DNA of 64,000 bases from Puniceicoccaceae bacterium. Lineage in GTDB: Bacteria; Verrucomicrobiota; Verrucomicrobiia; Opitutales; JAFGAQ01. This document shows positions 36,497-46,644 of this stretch, one piece after another. Location: positions 3,611 to 67,610 of the forward strand of contig JBEGIR010000017.1 in the NCBI GenBank assembly GCA_040224245.1, in the 5' to 3' direction. Below the pieces are notes generated by a model that saw nothing but the letters and a program-made list of their open reading frames with translations, was not told the DNA's origin and made no database searches. The position numbers and the translations under genes are program-made. Each line of letters starts with the position of its first letter. Position 1 is the stretch's first letter.

Positions 36497-37702
36497 ATGA
36501 ATGTTCTCGAGGTTCGCAACCTGTACAAGATCTTCGGGCACAAGCCCGGGGATCGCGCCCTGCCCATGGTGAAAAATGGTGAAAGCAAGGCTACCATTCT
36601 CAAAAAAACGGGCTGTACGGTCGGCATCAACAATGCGACGTTCGATGTGAAAAAGGGAGAAATCTTTGTGATCATGGGACTTTCCGGCAGTGGAAAATCC
36701 ACCGTGATCCGCTGCCTCAATCGCTTGATCGAACCGACCGATGGCGAAGTGCTCATCGACGGGCAAAACATTGTGGATCTCGACGCCGAGCAGCTGCGCA
36801 GTGTGCGCCGGAAAAAACTGAGCATGGTCTTCCAGCGCTTCGGATTGTTGCCGCACCGCAGCGTGATCGACAACGTTGCCTTCGGGCTGGAGGTGCAGGG
36901 CATCGGCAAGGCGGAGCGTCATGAAAAGGCGATGCAGGCTATTCAAACTGTTGGATTGTCCGGCTACCAGGATCAGATGACGCAGGCACTCAGCGGCGGC
37001 ATGCAACAGCGGGTGGGGTTGGCGCGGGCATTGGCAAATGATCCCGAAATTTTGCTCATGGACGAGGCCTTTTCGGCACTTGATCCGTTGATTCGGGTGC
37101 AGTTGCAGGATGAGTTGCTCGAATTGCAATCGCGCATGCACAAGACGATCGTGTTCATCACGCATGATCTCGATGAGGCACTCAAACTGGGGTGTCGCAT
37201 CGCCATCATGAAAGACGGTGCCATTGTACAAATCGGCACACCGGAAGAGATCCTGACAGATCCCGCCAACCAGTATGTGCAGGATTTTGTGGAAAATGTG
37301 GACCGTTCCCGTGTGATCACAGCTGGCAGCATCCTGCGCAAGACGAAGGTCGCCTACGAGTCGTATGGGCCACACCAGTGCCTGCGCATGATGAAGGAGT
37401 TTGGATCGTCAACGCTCTTTGTTGTGGATGAAAACCGCCACTTCAAAGGATACATCACGGTCGATGCCGCTGCCGAACTGGCCAAGACCGTTCTACCGGC
37501 AGAGGATGAACAAAAGAACAAGCACATCCGTTCCATCATACAGACGGATGCACCCACGGCACCGGAGAGCGCGGCCATTGCCGATATTGTGGGGGATGCA
37601 TCGCGAACCGCACTGCCCATTGTGGTGCTTGGGGATGCCGAACCCGAGTTTCGCGGCATTGTCAGCCGCCCTGCCATCCTTGCCGCCCTGTCTGGAGACT
37701 GA
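36497..37702 (+). CDS. proV: Glycine betaine/proline-type ABC transporter ATP-binding protein with C-terminal CBS pair
   Basis: GLSGSGKST, LSGGMQQRVGLARAL, LLMDEAFSALD, and a CBS-like C-terminal ~120 aa. The ATG at 36497 is used. Confidence 0.85.
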   Translation: MNVLEVRNLYKIFGHKPGDRALPMVKNGESKATILKKTGCTVGINNATFDVKKGEIFVIMGLSGSGKSTVIRCLNRLIEPTDGEVLIDGQNIVDLDAEQLRSVRRKKLSMVFQRFGLLPHRSVIDNVAFGLEVQGIGKAERHEKAMQAIQTVGLSGYQDQMTQALSGGMQQRVGLARALANDPEILLMDEAFSALDPLIRVQLQDELLELQSRMHKTIVFITHDLDEALKLGCRIAIMKDGAIVQIGTPEEILTDPANQYVQDFVENVDRSRVITAGSILRKTKVAYESYGPHQCLRMMKEFGSSTLFVVDENRHFKGYITVDAAAELAKTVLPAEDEQKNKHIRSIIQTDAPTAPESAAIADIVGDASRTALPIVVLGDAEPEFRGIVSRPAILAALSGD

Positions 37703-37706
37703 TACC

Positions 37707-39014
37707 ATGGAATTACCTGTTGGAGAAGTATTTGAATCCCTCATCCGCTGGCTGAAGGCGAATCTGGGTGAACTGTTTGACGCGATCAGCGCGACCATCA
37801 ATTTTGCGATCCTGTTGCTGGAACGCATCCTCTCGGTAGAGGCGGGTGTGCTGTTTCCCATGTTGTTCATGACGCTGCTCATCGCGGGTCTCTGTTTCGG
37901 ACTGTTGTCCCGCAAGTTGCCGTGGAAGCAAGCCCTTGCAGCCGGGGTTGCTGTGATGATCGCCGGCATCCTATTGCACAACTGGCGCAGCCATCGCCTG
38001 ACGCAAACAGTGACCGCTGATCAGCTGACAACCCTGCACGCGGGTATTGCCCAGGTCGAAGACCAGCTGGCACAGGCTCCAGACGCCCTGCGTGAGACGG
38101 TTGATGCACCCTCCGGGCAGCGTGAACTGTCACGGGTTCGCACGCAGATCGAACGCGCGAATGCGGGTGAAGCGTTGACCAGTGTGCTCAGCCTGAGCAA
38201 TTACCAGCGTTCACGCGCCTTTCTGGATCGACTTGCAATGGGGCAGGGTCCGCTCGCCGAGTCTGCTGCGACACTGTCTGCATCACTGGCGGATCTGAAT
38301 CCAGCACCCCTGCCGTGGTTTTCCTGGGCGGTGACGTCCCTGTTGCTGATCCTGCTTGCATGGTATGGAGCAGGTAGGGGACTGGCAATTTTCACCTTAA
38401 TCGGTTGCGGACTCATCCAGTCGATGGGGTTCTGGGAACCGACTGTGGAAACGCTGGCACTTGTGATTTCGGCCACTGCATTTGCGCTGCTGATCGGAGT
38501 GCCGCTGGGTATCGCTGCGGCGGCAAGCCAGATTGTGGACCGCGTGTCCAAACCCGTGCTCGACTTCATGCAAACGATGCCGGCATTCGTGTATTTGATC
38601 CCGGCGGTCTTGTTTTTTGGACTGGGCAAGGTACCCGGTGCGATTGCGACATTGATTTTTGCCATGCCACCCGCCGTGCGCCTCACCAGTCTGGGAATTC
38701 GTGGAGTGCCAACCGAAGTCGTGGAGGCCGCGCAGTCCTTCGGGTCGACACCGATGCAACTGCTGTTTAAGGCGCAACTGCCGATCGCGTTGCCCACGAT
38801 CCTGGCCGGACTGAATCAGACCATCATGCTGGCCCTGTCGATGGTGGTGATTGGGGGCATGATCGGGGCCGGAGGACTCGGAGAGGTTGTGCTCAGTGGC
38901 ATCACCCAACTCAAAATCGGACTGGGATTCGAGAGCGGACTGTCGGTTGTGATCCTTGCGATCTACCTCGACCGCCTCACCCAGTCCATCGGAAGTATCA
39001 GTGAGAAACGCTGA
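37707..39014 (+). CDS. proW: Glycine betaine/proline-type ABC transporter permease, with a long N-terminal extension
   Basis: The C-terminal half has the BPD_transp_1 pattern (MQTMPAFVYLIPAVLFFGLGKVPGAIATLIFAMPPAVRLT...EAAQSFGSTPMQLL). ATG at 37707. Confidence 0.85.
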   Translation: MELPVGEVFESLIRWLKANLGELFDAISATINFAILLLERILSVEAGVLFPMLFMTLLIAGLCFGLLSRKLPWKQALAAGVAVMIAGILLHNWRSHRLTQTVTADQLTTLHAGIAQVEDQLAQAPDALRETVDAPSGQRELSRVRTQIERANAGEALTSVLSLSNYQRSRAFLDRLAMGQGPLAESAATLSASLADLNPAPLPWFSWAVTSLLLILLAWYGAGRGLAIFTLIGCGLIQSMGFWEPTVETLALVISATAFALLIGVPLGIAAAASQIVDRVSKPVLDFMQTMPAFVYLIPAVLFFGLGKVPGAIATLIFAMPPAVRLTSLGIRGVPTEVVEAAQSFGSTPMQLLFKAQLPIALPTILAGLNQTIMLALSMVVIGGMIGAGGLGEVVLSGITQLKIGLGFESGLSVVILAIYLDRLTQSIGSISEKR

Positions 39015-39050
39015 ATCGACCTAAATTAAACCCAAAAACTCAAACTGTTT

Positions 39051-39959
39051 ATGAAATCAAAGAAACTGAAAATGACACTACATACCCTGATCCTGAGTGC
39101 GATGACCTTGGGATTCACAGGATGTCAACCCACCGCAAACGACAACACCGGATCTGGCGCTGAAGCCGCTGGAGCGGAGGAACCCAAGGTGGCAAATCTG
39201 GCCTATGTCAACTGGGCTGAAGGGGTGGCCTACACCCACCTCGCCAAAGTGGTTCTCGAGGAAAAAATGGGCTATGAAGTCAACCTGACCATGGCCGATG
39301 TGGGACCTGCCTACATGGCGGTTGCTGACGGCAACCAGGATGCTTTCATGGAGTGCTGGCCGGGCATTCATCAGGACTATCTCAACGAAGTGGGGGATCG
39401 CCTGGTGGACCTGGGAGTGGTCTATGAGGGAACCTCGCTGGGACTGGTTGTTCCCAGCTATGTCACCATTGACAAGATTTCGGAACTCAATGCGCACAAG
39501 GACAAGTTCAAGGGCGTGATTACCGGAATTGACTCGGGTGCCGGCATGATGCGCCAGACGGCAGACTACATCATCCCGGAATACGAGCTTGAGCTGGAAC
39601 TCGTGCCCTCCAGCGGACCGGCCATGACGGCCGCATTGTCCGCCGCTGTGGAAGCAGGGGAGTGGATTGTGGTTACCGGATGGCGGCCGCACTGGATGTT
39701 CGGGCGCTGGGATCTCAAGATTCTTGAGCAGGATGCTGACAAGACGGTCTGGGAAGAAGGCAGCATTCACATCCAGGGACGGGCGGATATTGCTGAGGAT
39801 AAGCCAACCCTGGCGGCCTTCCTCAAGAACATGCATCTCACGGATCCCCAGCTCAGTGACCTGATGGTGAAGATTGAAGATTCGGACTACGAAGTGGTGG
39901 AAGTCGCACGGGAGTGGATGTATGCCAACGAGTCCGTCGTGGATGCCTGGATTCCCTAA
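39051..39959 (+). CDS. proX: Glycine betaine-type substrate-binding lipoprotein (OpuAC/ProX family)
   Basis: Lipobox LGFTGC. WAEGVAYTHLAKVVLEEKMGY, WPGIHQDY, GIDSGAGMM. Confidence 0.8.
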   Translation: MKSKKLKMTLHTLILSAMTLGFTGCQPTANDNTGSGAEAAGAEEPKVANLAYVNWAEGVAYTHLAKVVLEEKMGYEVNLTMADVGPAYMAVADGNQDAFMECWPGIHQDYLNEVGDRLVDLGVVYEGTSLGLVVPSYVTIDKISELNAHKDKFKGVITGIDSGAGMMRQTADYIIPEYELELELVPSSGPAMTAALSAAVEAGEWIVVTGWRPHWMFGRWDLKILEQDADKTVWEEGSIHIQGRADIAEDKPTLAAFLKNMHLTDPQLSDLMVKIEDSDYEVVEVAREWMYANESVVDAWIP

Positions 39960-40082
39960 CCCCGTAGCAGTTTGCCGGTCTCCTTGCCGGGCAAATGCCT
40001 GAATCCAGAGATCGGTGTTGCTGCGACAAACCCGAAAAAACCAGCAAGGGAGAGCGGCTTGCTCTGATACTTTATCCCGCCC

Positions 40083-40577
40083 ATGAAAACAACCTGTTGT
40101 TACGCCCTGTTGTGCCTGTGTCTCGGTCTCAGTACCCTGACGGCACAAGATCGCGAACCTGACGGTTCGCTCCAACTGCTTGTACCGGAGACATCTCCGG
40201 TCGTGAGCACGGATGGGACGCTCTCGCTCCGGTGGACGGATGCCGGAGCGCAGTCCAACTATCGACTCGAACGCAGCCGGGATGCCCAGTTCAGCGATTC
40301 GCTGACGATTTATGAAGGGGCCGATCTTGGCACCTTTGTTTCCGGTATGACGGCTGGAGTGTGGCACTACCGCCTGAGCGCGCTGGATGCAGAATCGGGT
40401 GAACCCGTGCCGGGAACCAAACCCGTTTTGACAGAAGTGCGTGTCGAGTTTGTTTCCGCACGACAAGTCGTATGGCTGATGAGTGCGGGAGCGGTCACGC
40501 TGGTGTGCATTGTCGGATCGGTACTGACGGGATATCGCCGGTATCGCGGTTGGAATCTCAACGCGGAGGCATCATGA
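40083..40577 (+). CDS. Hypothetical exported protein with C-terminal TM anchor (possible FN3-like fold)
   Basis: Signal peptide MKTTCCYALLCLCLGLSTLTA and TM helix VVWLMSAGAVTLVCIVGSVL. The stop overlaps the symporter start (ATGA). Confidence 0.5.
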   Translation: MKTTCCYALLCLCLGLSTLTAQDREPDGSLQLLVPETSPVVSTDGTLSLRWTDAGAQSNYRLERSRDAQFSDSLTIYEGADLGTFVSGMTAGVWHYRLSALDAESGEPVPGTKPVLTEVRVEFVSARQVVWLMSAGAVTLVCIVGSVLTGYRRYRGWNLNAEAS

Positions 40578-42007
40578 GGGTATTGCAGGAAGAAACGATA
40601 CTCGATCCCAATGTGGGCTGGATACTGCTTGCGCTGTTTGGAGTGCTCTGGGTCGGACTGGGATTTTATTGGGGGCGCAAAGCGCAAAACCTCGACGGCT
40701 TCATGCTCGCGGGTCGTAACGTGGGGCTGGCACTGGGAACAGCGACCGCGATGGCCACCTGGGTGACCTCGAATACGGTGATGCTCGCTCCGCAGTTTGC
40801 CCTGCAGATGGGAATCTGGGGCATGCTGGCCTACGCCACTGCGAGCTTTGGTCTCTTTCTCTTTGCGCCAATGGCGATCCGCATCCGTCAGCTGATTCCC
40901 AAAGGCTACACCAGTGGAGACTTTATCCGACTGCGCTATGGTCCAGTGGCATGGGCCTTGTTTCTGCTCATTTCCATGGTCTATTCCATGGCTTGGCTGG
41001 TGAGCATGGCCATGGCAGGTGGCATCGTGCTGCAGGCCCTGGCGGGCATCCCCTACATCTGGGGCATGAGTGTGATTTTGATCGTTTGCGTGCTTTATAC
41101 CCTTGTGGGTGGACTCTATGCGGTCATTGGCACGGATTTCATCCAGAGCGTGATCATCCTTATCGGTGTTCTCGTGATTGGAGTGGTGGCCATGACGCGG
41201 GTCGATTTTGGCGCTGCCTATGAACGCATCGCGACGGTGCAGCCCGGATTGTTAATGGTCTTCATGCCAGTGGCACTGCTCTCGCTGTTCAACAACATGT
41301 TTTTCGGCTTTGGAGAAGTTTTCCACAACAACGTGTGGTGGACGCGTGCGTTTGCGATCCGCCGGGACGAAGTGGGCAAGGCCTTTTTGCTCTCCGGATG
41401 TTTCTGGCTGCCCATTCCGATTGCGGCAGGCTTTATCGCTTTGTTTAGCGGTTCGCTGGGCATCAATGTGACCGATGTGGACATGGTCGGACCCCTTGTG
41501 GCGGGTCATGTGCTGGGTCCGGTCGGTGCGATGGTGGTGTTTGTGGTCGTGTTCTGTTCCCTGGGTTCGAGCATCGACAGCCTGCTCGCCTCCACATCGG
41601 ACCTCCTGGCGGAGGATGTGTATAAAAAACTGCTGCGCCCCGATATCGAGGATGACACACTGCGCCGTGCGACCTCCTGGATCATTGTGGGACTGGGTAT
41701 TGTGACATGGTTCCTGTGTGCGCCGCGCCTTGGGAATTTGGTCACGGTGCTTTTTCTCTCGGGTCCGCTTGTGGGAAGTGCGATCTGGCCTGTGCTGACG
41801 GGCCTCTACTGGAAACGGGCCAATGCCTGGGGAGCCTGCTCGGCAATGGTGCTGGGAAGTGCGATCGGACTCTATGCCTACTTTTCAATCGGGTGGTTTG
41901 CCGCTACCCTCATTTCAACCGTCGTTTCCATGATTGTCGTGGTGGTGTTCACCTGGCTGCGCCCCGCCGATTTTGATTGGAAACAACTCTCCCGTGAAAG
42001 TCATTAA
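40574..42007 (+). CDS. Sodium:solute symporter (SSS) family transporter
   Basis: About 13 hydrophobic segments. The N-terminus WILLALFGVLWVGLGFYWGRKAQNLDGFMLAGRNVG is typical of the SSS family. Confidence 0.85.
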   Translation: MRVLQEETILDPNVGWILLALFGVLWVGLGFYWGRKAQNLDGFMLAGRNVGLALGTATAMATWVTSNTVMLAPQFALQMGIWGMLAYATASFGLFLFAPMAIRIRQLIPKGYTSGDFIRLRYGPVAWALFLLISMVYSMAWLVSMAMAGGIVLQALAGIPYIWGMSVILIVCVLYTLVGGLYAVIGTDFIQSVIILIGVLVIGVVAMTRVDFGAAYERIATVQPGLLMVFMPVALLSLFNNMFFGFGEVFHNNVWWTRAFAIRRDEVGKAFLLSGCFWLPIPIAAGFIALFSGSLGINVTDVDMVGPLVAGHVLGPVGAMVVFVVVFCSLGSSIDSLLASTSDLLAEDVYKKLLRPDIEDDTLRRATSWIIVGLGIVTWFLCAPRLGNLVTVLFLSGPLVGSAIWPVLTGLYWKRANAWGACSAMVLGSAIGLYAYFSIGWFAATLISTVVSMIVVVVFTWLRPADFDWKQLSRESH

Positions 42008-42150
42008 TGCCTCAAGTGCTTGCCATCATGCAATTTTCAGAAAACTTGACTCAGTGGATCCTCTACGGCTCCCTCGCGCTCACCGCCCTTGCGCTGTGTT
42101 CCCTGTTGGTGCTGTTGTACCGCGATTTCATCCGTAAAAAAATCTGGTAA
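42007..42150 (+). CDS. Unannotated 47-aa single-TM protein (possible symporter small accessory subunit)
   Basis: Not in the ORF track because it is under 60 aa. The ATG shares its A with the symporter TAA stop (TAATG). Sequence: MPQVLAIMQFSENLTQWILYGSLALTALALCSLLVLLYRDFIRKKIW. Confidence 0.4.
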   Translation: MPQVLAIMQFSENLTQWILYGSLALTALALCSLLVLLYRDFIRKKIW

Positions 42151-42154
42151 GACC

Positions 42155-43246
42155 ATGACTATGTTTCAAAACCTGGAACCCAATAAAATCGCTCCCAACC
42201 TCAAGCCTCCCGAGGGGTCGGAGCACCTGCACCCGCAGGCCAGAGCGTTATTTGAGGAGAATCCCATCAACGTTCAGGTTCTCAGCAAGCTGGAGAATGA
42301 GTCCATTCTCAAAGTGAAGCAGTTTGACAAGGAAACGGTCATCGAGCTCGCAAAGTTGGCAGCGATTTTGGAAGACTTCCACATCGCACCCTATCACGTG
42401 CTGGACGGCAAGATCGCCACGACCGCATTTTTTGAGGCGAGCACTCGTACACGACTCTCCTTTGAGAGCGCAGTGCAGCGCCTGGGAGGACGCATCCTGA
42501 GCATTCCCGAAGGGGGAGTGACCGGAGTCAAAAAGGGCGAATCCCTCGAAGACATTGGTGAAATGTTCAATGCCTATTGTGACATGGTGATCATGCGTCA
42601 CACCGAGACGGACTGCCTGAAACGCATCCTCAAACACCTTCGGGTTCCGCTCATCAATGCTGGAAACGGCACCGGTGAACACCCGACCCAGGCACTCGCC
42701 GACTGGTATGCCCTACTGAAATGGAGACCGGGTCTGGCTGACGAAAAGGATGACAAGATGCTCAATCTGGGCATCCTTGGTACTCCCGGGCAGATGCGCG
42801 CAGTGAAGAGTTTTCTTCTGATGTCGCTATTGTTCCGGCGTAAGATTCGCAAGGTCACGGTGATCTCGGAAATGGCGGATCCCTTTGGACTCGACATCAC
42901 CGAAGCACTGGACGGCGCGGACATCGACTATGAGGTGACCAATGATATTCAGGAGGCCCTCCCGACGCTGGATGTGATCTACATGAACTCGATCGCACTG
43001 CTTGGGGAGAGCTATCAACAGCTTGGCAATCGCTACATGCTCAACAGCGAGAGCAAACTCAAACCGGAGTCTGTGATCCTGCATCCACTGGCGCGGCTCA
43101 AAGAGCTGGACACTTCCCTCGATAACACCCAGCACAACCTGTATTTCACGCAGGCCCATGGTGCGGTGTTCATTCGGCAGGCACTGTTGATATCGGTCTT
43201 TGGCCGACTCGACCGCCTGCCCGACGACATCCCCCTTCTCAAGTAA
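42155..43246 (+). CDS. Aspartate/ornithine carbamoyltransferase-family protein (divergent, ATCase-like)
   Basis: FEASTRTRLSFE (STRTR), GEHPTQALAD (HPTQ), and LHPLARLKE in place of the canonical HPLPR. ATG at 42155. About 45 extra N-terminal residues. No pyr neighbours. Confidence 0.75.
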   Translation: MTMFQNLEPNKIAPNLKPPEGSEHLHPQARALFEENPINVQVLSKLENESILKVKQFDKETVIELAKLAAILEDFHIAPYHVLDGKIATTAFFEASTRTRLSFESAVQRLGGRILSIPEGGVTGVKKGESLEDIGEMFNAYCDMVIMRHTETDCLKRILKHLRVPLINAGNGTGEHPTQALADWYALLKWRPGLADEKDDKMLNLGILGTPGQMRAVKSFLLMSLLFRRKIRKVTVISEMADPFGLDITEALDGADIDYEVTNDIQEALPTLDVIYMNSIALLGESYQQLGNRYMLNSESKLKPESVILHPLARLKELDTSLDNTQHNLYFTQAHGAVFIRQALLISVFGRLDRLPDDIPLLK

Positions 43247-43370
43247 GGAGGGCTGTTGCTGTTTTCTGAATCGGACCCGGCCTGATGGTCGAGTCCGTCT
43301 GTTGAATGGATTTCATTTTACCTTGCCAACGCCGGGGCAACATTAACCGGCGAACCCATACCTAAATATC

Positions 43371-45320
43371 ATGTGCGGAATCGCAGGAGTCTTCACCCGT
43401 CAACGCCTCGACAGCAGGCACGAACGCGCCATTGGCCCGATGCTGGAGCAAATCCGGCACCGTGGGCCGGACAGCCAAAAGCACTATGCCGATGCAGAGA
43501 ACGGTTTGCTGATGGGCCACACCCGTCTGATCATCAATGATTTTGCGACGGGCGAGCAGCCGTTATTTGAGGAACAGGGCGACCTGGTGCTCACCGTCAA
43601 CGGTGAGTTCTATGATTTCAAGAAACACCGCTCTCGTGCGATGGCAGAGGGACATCGGTTTGCCACAAAGTCGGACAGTGAAGTGGTGCTTCCGCTCTAC
43701 CGCAAACACGGGCTCGCTTTTACGGAGCACTTGCGCGGTGAGTTTGCCTTTACGCTCTTCGACCGCAAGAAGCAGGAGCTGATCCTGGTGCGGGACCGTT
43801 TTGGCATTCGTCCGCTCTTTTTTCATCTCAGCAACGACACGTTGGTCTATGGTTCTGAGGCCAAGGCGGTGTTGGCCCATCCGGACGTGCCGCGACAGAT
43901 CGACCCCAAGGCAGTGATGCACCAGATGATGCAGACCACGGTCCCGGGCATGTCGTCGTTTGTCGGTATTCGCGCGCTGGAACCTGGGCGCATGTTGCGT
44001 GTTCGCAGGACAGCAGATCGCCTTGAAGTCAGCGAACACAGCTACTGGGACTACGAATTTCCCGAGATGGAAGCACGCGAACCCATGAGCGAAGAAGCTG
44101 CCATTGAGCAGGTGAGGGAAAAGCTGATTGAGTCGATTGTGCTGCGGCTGGAGGCGGATGTGCCCGTCGGTTGTTATCTCTCAGGTGGCATCGACAGCTG
44201 TTGCATTCTGGGTCTTGCAAGCGGGGCGATGCAGAGTCCGGTGAAGGCGTTCACGATCAGCTTTGATCATGACTCCTATGACGAGTCTGCCATTGCGGTG
44301 GAAATGGCGCAATCGATGCAGGCCGATCATGAGATGATTCGATTGCAGGCCGATGATTTGTATGGCGACAACTACGTGAATACGGTTTTCCATGCGGAGC
44401 GCTCCTTCTACAATACGCTGGGTGTGGCCAAGAATCTCATGAGCCGCCGCGTTTGGCAGTGTGACTACCGCACTGTGATTACGGGTGAAGGGGCGGATGA
44501 GCTGTTTGCAGGTTATCCCGCACTCAAGCGCGATCATTTTCTGCACGGATTGAAGCACCTGCCTGAAAAGGAACGCCAGTTACTGCACGCCCAGCTCGAA
44601 AAATCGAATCAGCTGTTTAAAGGTGCCATCCTCGCTGAGGATCAGCTTTCGCATCCGGCATTTGATGATATTTGCGGGTTTACGCCTTCGTGGATTCAAC
44701 CCTGGATGGCGACACTGGAGTTGATCAAGCCCCTTCTGAGCGCCGATGTGAAGGCTGCTCTGGGCAGTTATGATCCGATTGAGGGCATCGTGGAGAAACT
44801 GGATGCGGGCATGATCCGTGGCCGCCATCCACTCGATATGGCCCAGTACACCTGGAGCAAAACCCAGCTGGAGGGTCAGATCTTGAACTGGGGTGGAGAC
44901 CGGGTGGACATGGCGAACTCCATGGAGTCGCGACCCGCCTTTCTCGACCATCACCTCGCACAGGTGGCAACGCGCATCCCGCCAGAGTATCGCATCAAGG
45001 GGAACACTGAAAAATGGGTGTTGCGCGAAGCGGTGAAGGGTGTACTGCCAGAGGTGCTTTACAAGCGCGAGAAGTTTGCATTCATGGCACCGCCGGCCCA
45101 TACGGACCCCTCGAAGAAGCGACGCCTGCAGGAACTGCTCGACACCTATGTCAACGAAAGCCGAATTCGCACCGCCGGACTTTTTGATCCGGTTGCAGTG
45201 AAACACTTTCTCGAAGCCTATCATGCGGACCAGGATCCGGTGTCCCTGACGCGCAAGGACACAGTGGTCAACCATCTGCTCTGCCTGCAGATCATGGATT
45301 CGCTCTTCATTCAGCGCTGA
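43371..45320 (+). CDS. Asparagine synthetase B-like glutamine amidotransferase
   Basis: N-terminal nucleophile MCGIAGVF, GHTRLIINDF, the PP-loop CYLSGGIDSC, and VITGEGADELFAGY. Confidence 0.85.
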   Translation: MCGIAGVFTRQRLDSRHERAIGPMLEQIRHRGPDSQKHYADAENGLLMGHTRLIINDFATGEQPLFEEQGDLVLTVNGEFYDFKKHRSRAMAEGHRFATKSDSEVVLPLYRKHGLAFTEHLRGEFAFTLFDRKKQELILVRDRFGIRPLFFHLSNDTLVYGSEAKAVLAHPDVPRQIDPKAVMHQMMQTTVPGMSSFVGIRALEPGRMLRVRRTADRLEVSEHSYWDYEFPEMEAREPMSEEAAIEQVREKLIESIVLRLEADVPVGCYLSGGIDSCCILGLASGAMQSPVKAFTISFDHDSYDESAIAVEMAQSMQADHEMIRLQADDLYGDNYVNTVFHAERSFYNTLGVAKNLMSRRVWQCDYRTVITGEGADELFAGYPALKRDHFLHGLKHLPEKERQLLHAQLEKSNQLFKGAILAEDQLSHPAFDDICGFTPSWIQPWMATLELIKPLLSADVKAALGSYDPIEGIVEKLDAGMIRGRHPLDMAQYTWSKTQLEGQILNWGGDRVDMANSMESRPAFLDHHLAQVATRIPPEYRIKGNTEKWVLREAVKGVLPEVLYKREKFAFMAPPAHTDPSKKRRLQELLDTYVNESRIRTAGLFDPVAVKHFLEAYHADQDPVSLTRKDTVVNHLLCLQIMDSLFIQR

Positions 45321-45335
45321 GTTGAGATTGTGATC

Positions 45336-46598
45336 ATGCCTGAGACCGATGCAAACCCGCCTCGCGTTCGCCTGGAACGCCTGAAATCCCACGTGGAGGA
45401 ACTTGCGCAGTTTGGTCGCAACGAGAGTGATGGTGCGCTTTATCGCACAGCTTTTTCGGATGCGGACCTCGAAGCGAGACGCTGGTTGATCGGAAAACTG
45501 GAAGCACTGGGACTGCCTGCGCAAATGGATGGGGCTGGCAACGTGAAGGCGTTGCTCAAGGGAAGCGGAGACCGGCCTCGATTGGTCGTGGGATCGCACA
45601 CCGATACTGTACCGCGCGGGGGAGCACTGGACGGTAGTCTGGGCGTGCTCAGTGCGCTGGAGTGCCTGCAGACCCTGATGGATGCGAACTGGATACCGGA
45701 GAGGGATATTGAATTGGTGGCGTTCAGCGATGAAGAGGGTCGCTTTGGCGGCATGTTTGGTTCGGAGGCCTATTGCGGAAAAGTAACGCCAGAACGCCTG
45801 GAGTATTACTGTGAGGCTGAGGAGCAGACCTTGCGACAGGCGATGCAACAGCAGGGAATGGATCCCGAAGCGGCCTTGTCTGTGGGGCAGGATCCCTCAC
45901 AAATCGCGGGCTATCTGGAGTTACACATCGAGCAGGGGCCGGTCTTGCACCACCTGGGTAAGCAAGTGGGCATCGTTCAGGCGATCACCGGACTCTTCAA
46001 GTGGCGGGTGTGTCTGGTGGGACAGAGCAATCACGCGGGTACGACACCGATGAACCTGCGGCAGGATGCGCTCATGGGACTCGCAGAGTTTGCGTTTTCG
46101 GTATCGCGGGTTCTGGAGGAATATGGCACTGAGGAGAGTCGTGCAACGATTGGGCGCGCCCAGATTTTGCCCGGTGCTGCAAACACGGTTCCGGGATTTG
46201 TGGAATTCACCCTGGATGTTCGTGACCCGAACCCCGAGATTCTCCGGGAACTGGAGCAGGCCTTTGCCCGATCTTTACGGGCAATTTGCCAGCGCCGCAG
46301 TTTGGGCTGTGAGCGCGAGCAGCTGAGTTGGATTCCGCCGGTTTCCTGCGATCCGGAAATGGTCGCTCTGCTGGAAAGCTCAGCGCGGAAACGGGGACTT
46401 CAGGCGCATTGCATGAACAGTGGAGCAGCGCACGATGCCCAAATCATGGCGAATCTGACTCGCATCGGCATGATTTTTGTGCCCAGTAAAGCGGGCTTGA
46501 GCCATGACCCCGGTGAATATACGGAATGGAGTGATATTGAGGCAGGTGCAAATCTCCTGCTTGAAATGATATTGCAGATGGATGCGAGGGTTGCCTGA
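45336..46598 (+). CDS. M20-family amidase of the hydantoinase/carbamoylase type (allantoate amidohydrolase / N-carbamoyl-L-amino-acid hydrolase-like)
   Basis: VVGSHTDTVPRGGALDGSLGV, AFSDEEGRFG, ELHIEQGPVL, GQSNHAGTTPM, SGAAHDAQ. Confidence 0.8.
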   Translation: MPETDANPPRVRLERLKSHVEELAQFGRNESDGALYRTAFSDADLEARRWLIGKLEALGLPAQMDGAGNVKALLKGSGDRPRLVVGSHTDTVPRGGALDGSLGVLSALECLQTLMDANWIPERDIELVAFSDEEGRFGGMFGSEAYCGKVTPERLEYYCEAEEQTLRQAMQQQGMDPEAALSVGQDPSQIAGYLELHIEQGPVLHHLGKQVGIVQAITGLFKWRVCLVGQSNHAGTTPMNLRQDALMGLAEFAFSVSRVLEEYGTEESRATIGRAQILPGAANTVPGFVEFTLDVRDPNPEILRELEQAFARSLRAICQRRSLGCEREQLSWIPPVSCDPEMVALLESSARKRGLQAHCMNSGAAHDAQIMANLTRIGMIFVPSKAGLSHDPGEYTEWSDIEAGANLLLEMILQMDARVA

Positions 46599-46644
46599 GG
46601 CAGCCGTTCCTGCATCTGAGAAATCGAATTTTGAAAACAATATA

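Noticed and set aside
36422-37375. 317-aa minus-strand ORF opposite proV; likewise 39078-40466 (462 aa) opposite proX, 44580-45848 (422 aa) opposite asnB/amidase, and 56511-57716 (401 aa) opposite the hybrid kinase
   Set aside because: These are shadow ORFs of strongly supported plus-strand genes. Their composition is low-complexity and His/Arg/Gly-rich, with no recognisable domains.
32889-40573. N-terminal extensions of track ORFs (32889, 35023, 36428, 37401 and 40472 starts; also 42089, 46582, 48870, 50903)
   Set aside because: Each extension overlaps the preceding gene or intergenic DNA. Each is followed by an in-frame ATG that yields a canonical N-terminus (signal peptide, lipobox or conserved first motif), so the shorter coordinates were used.
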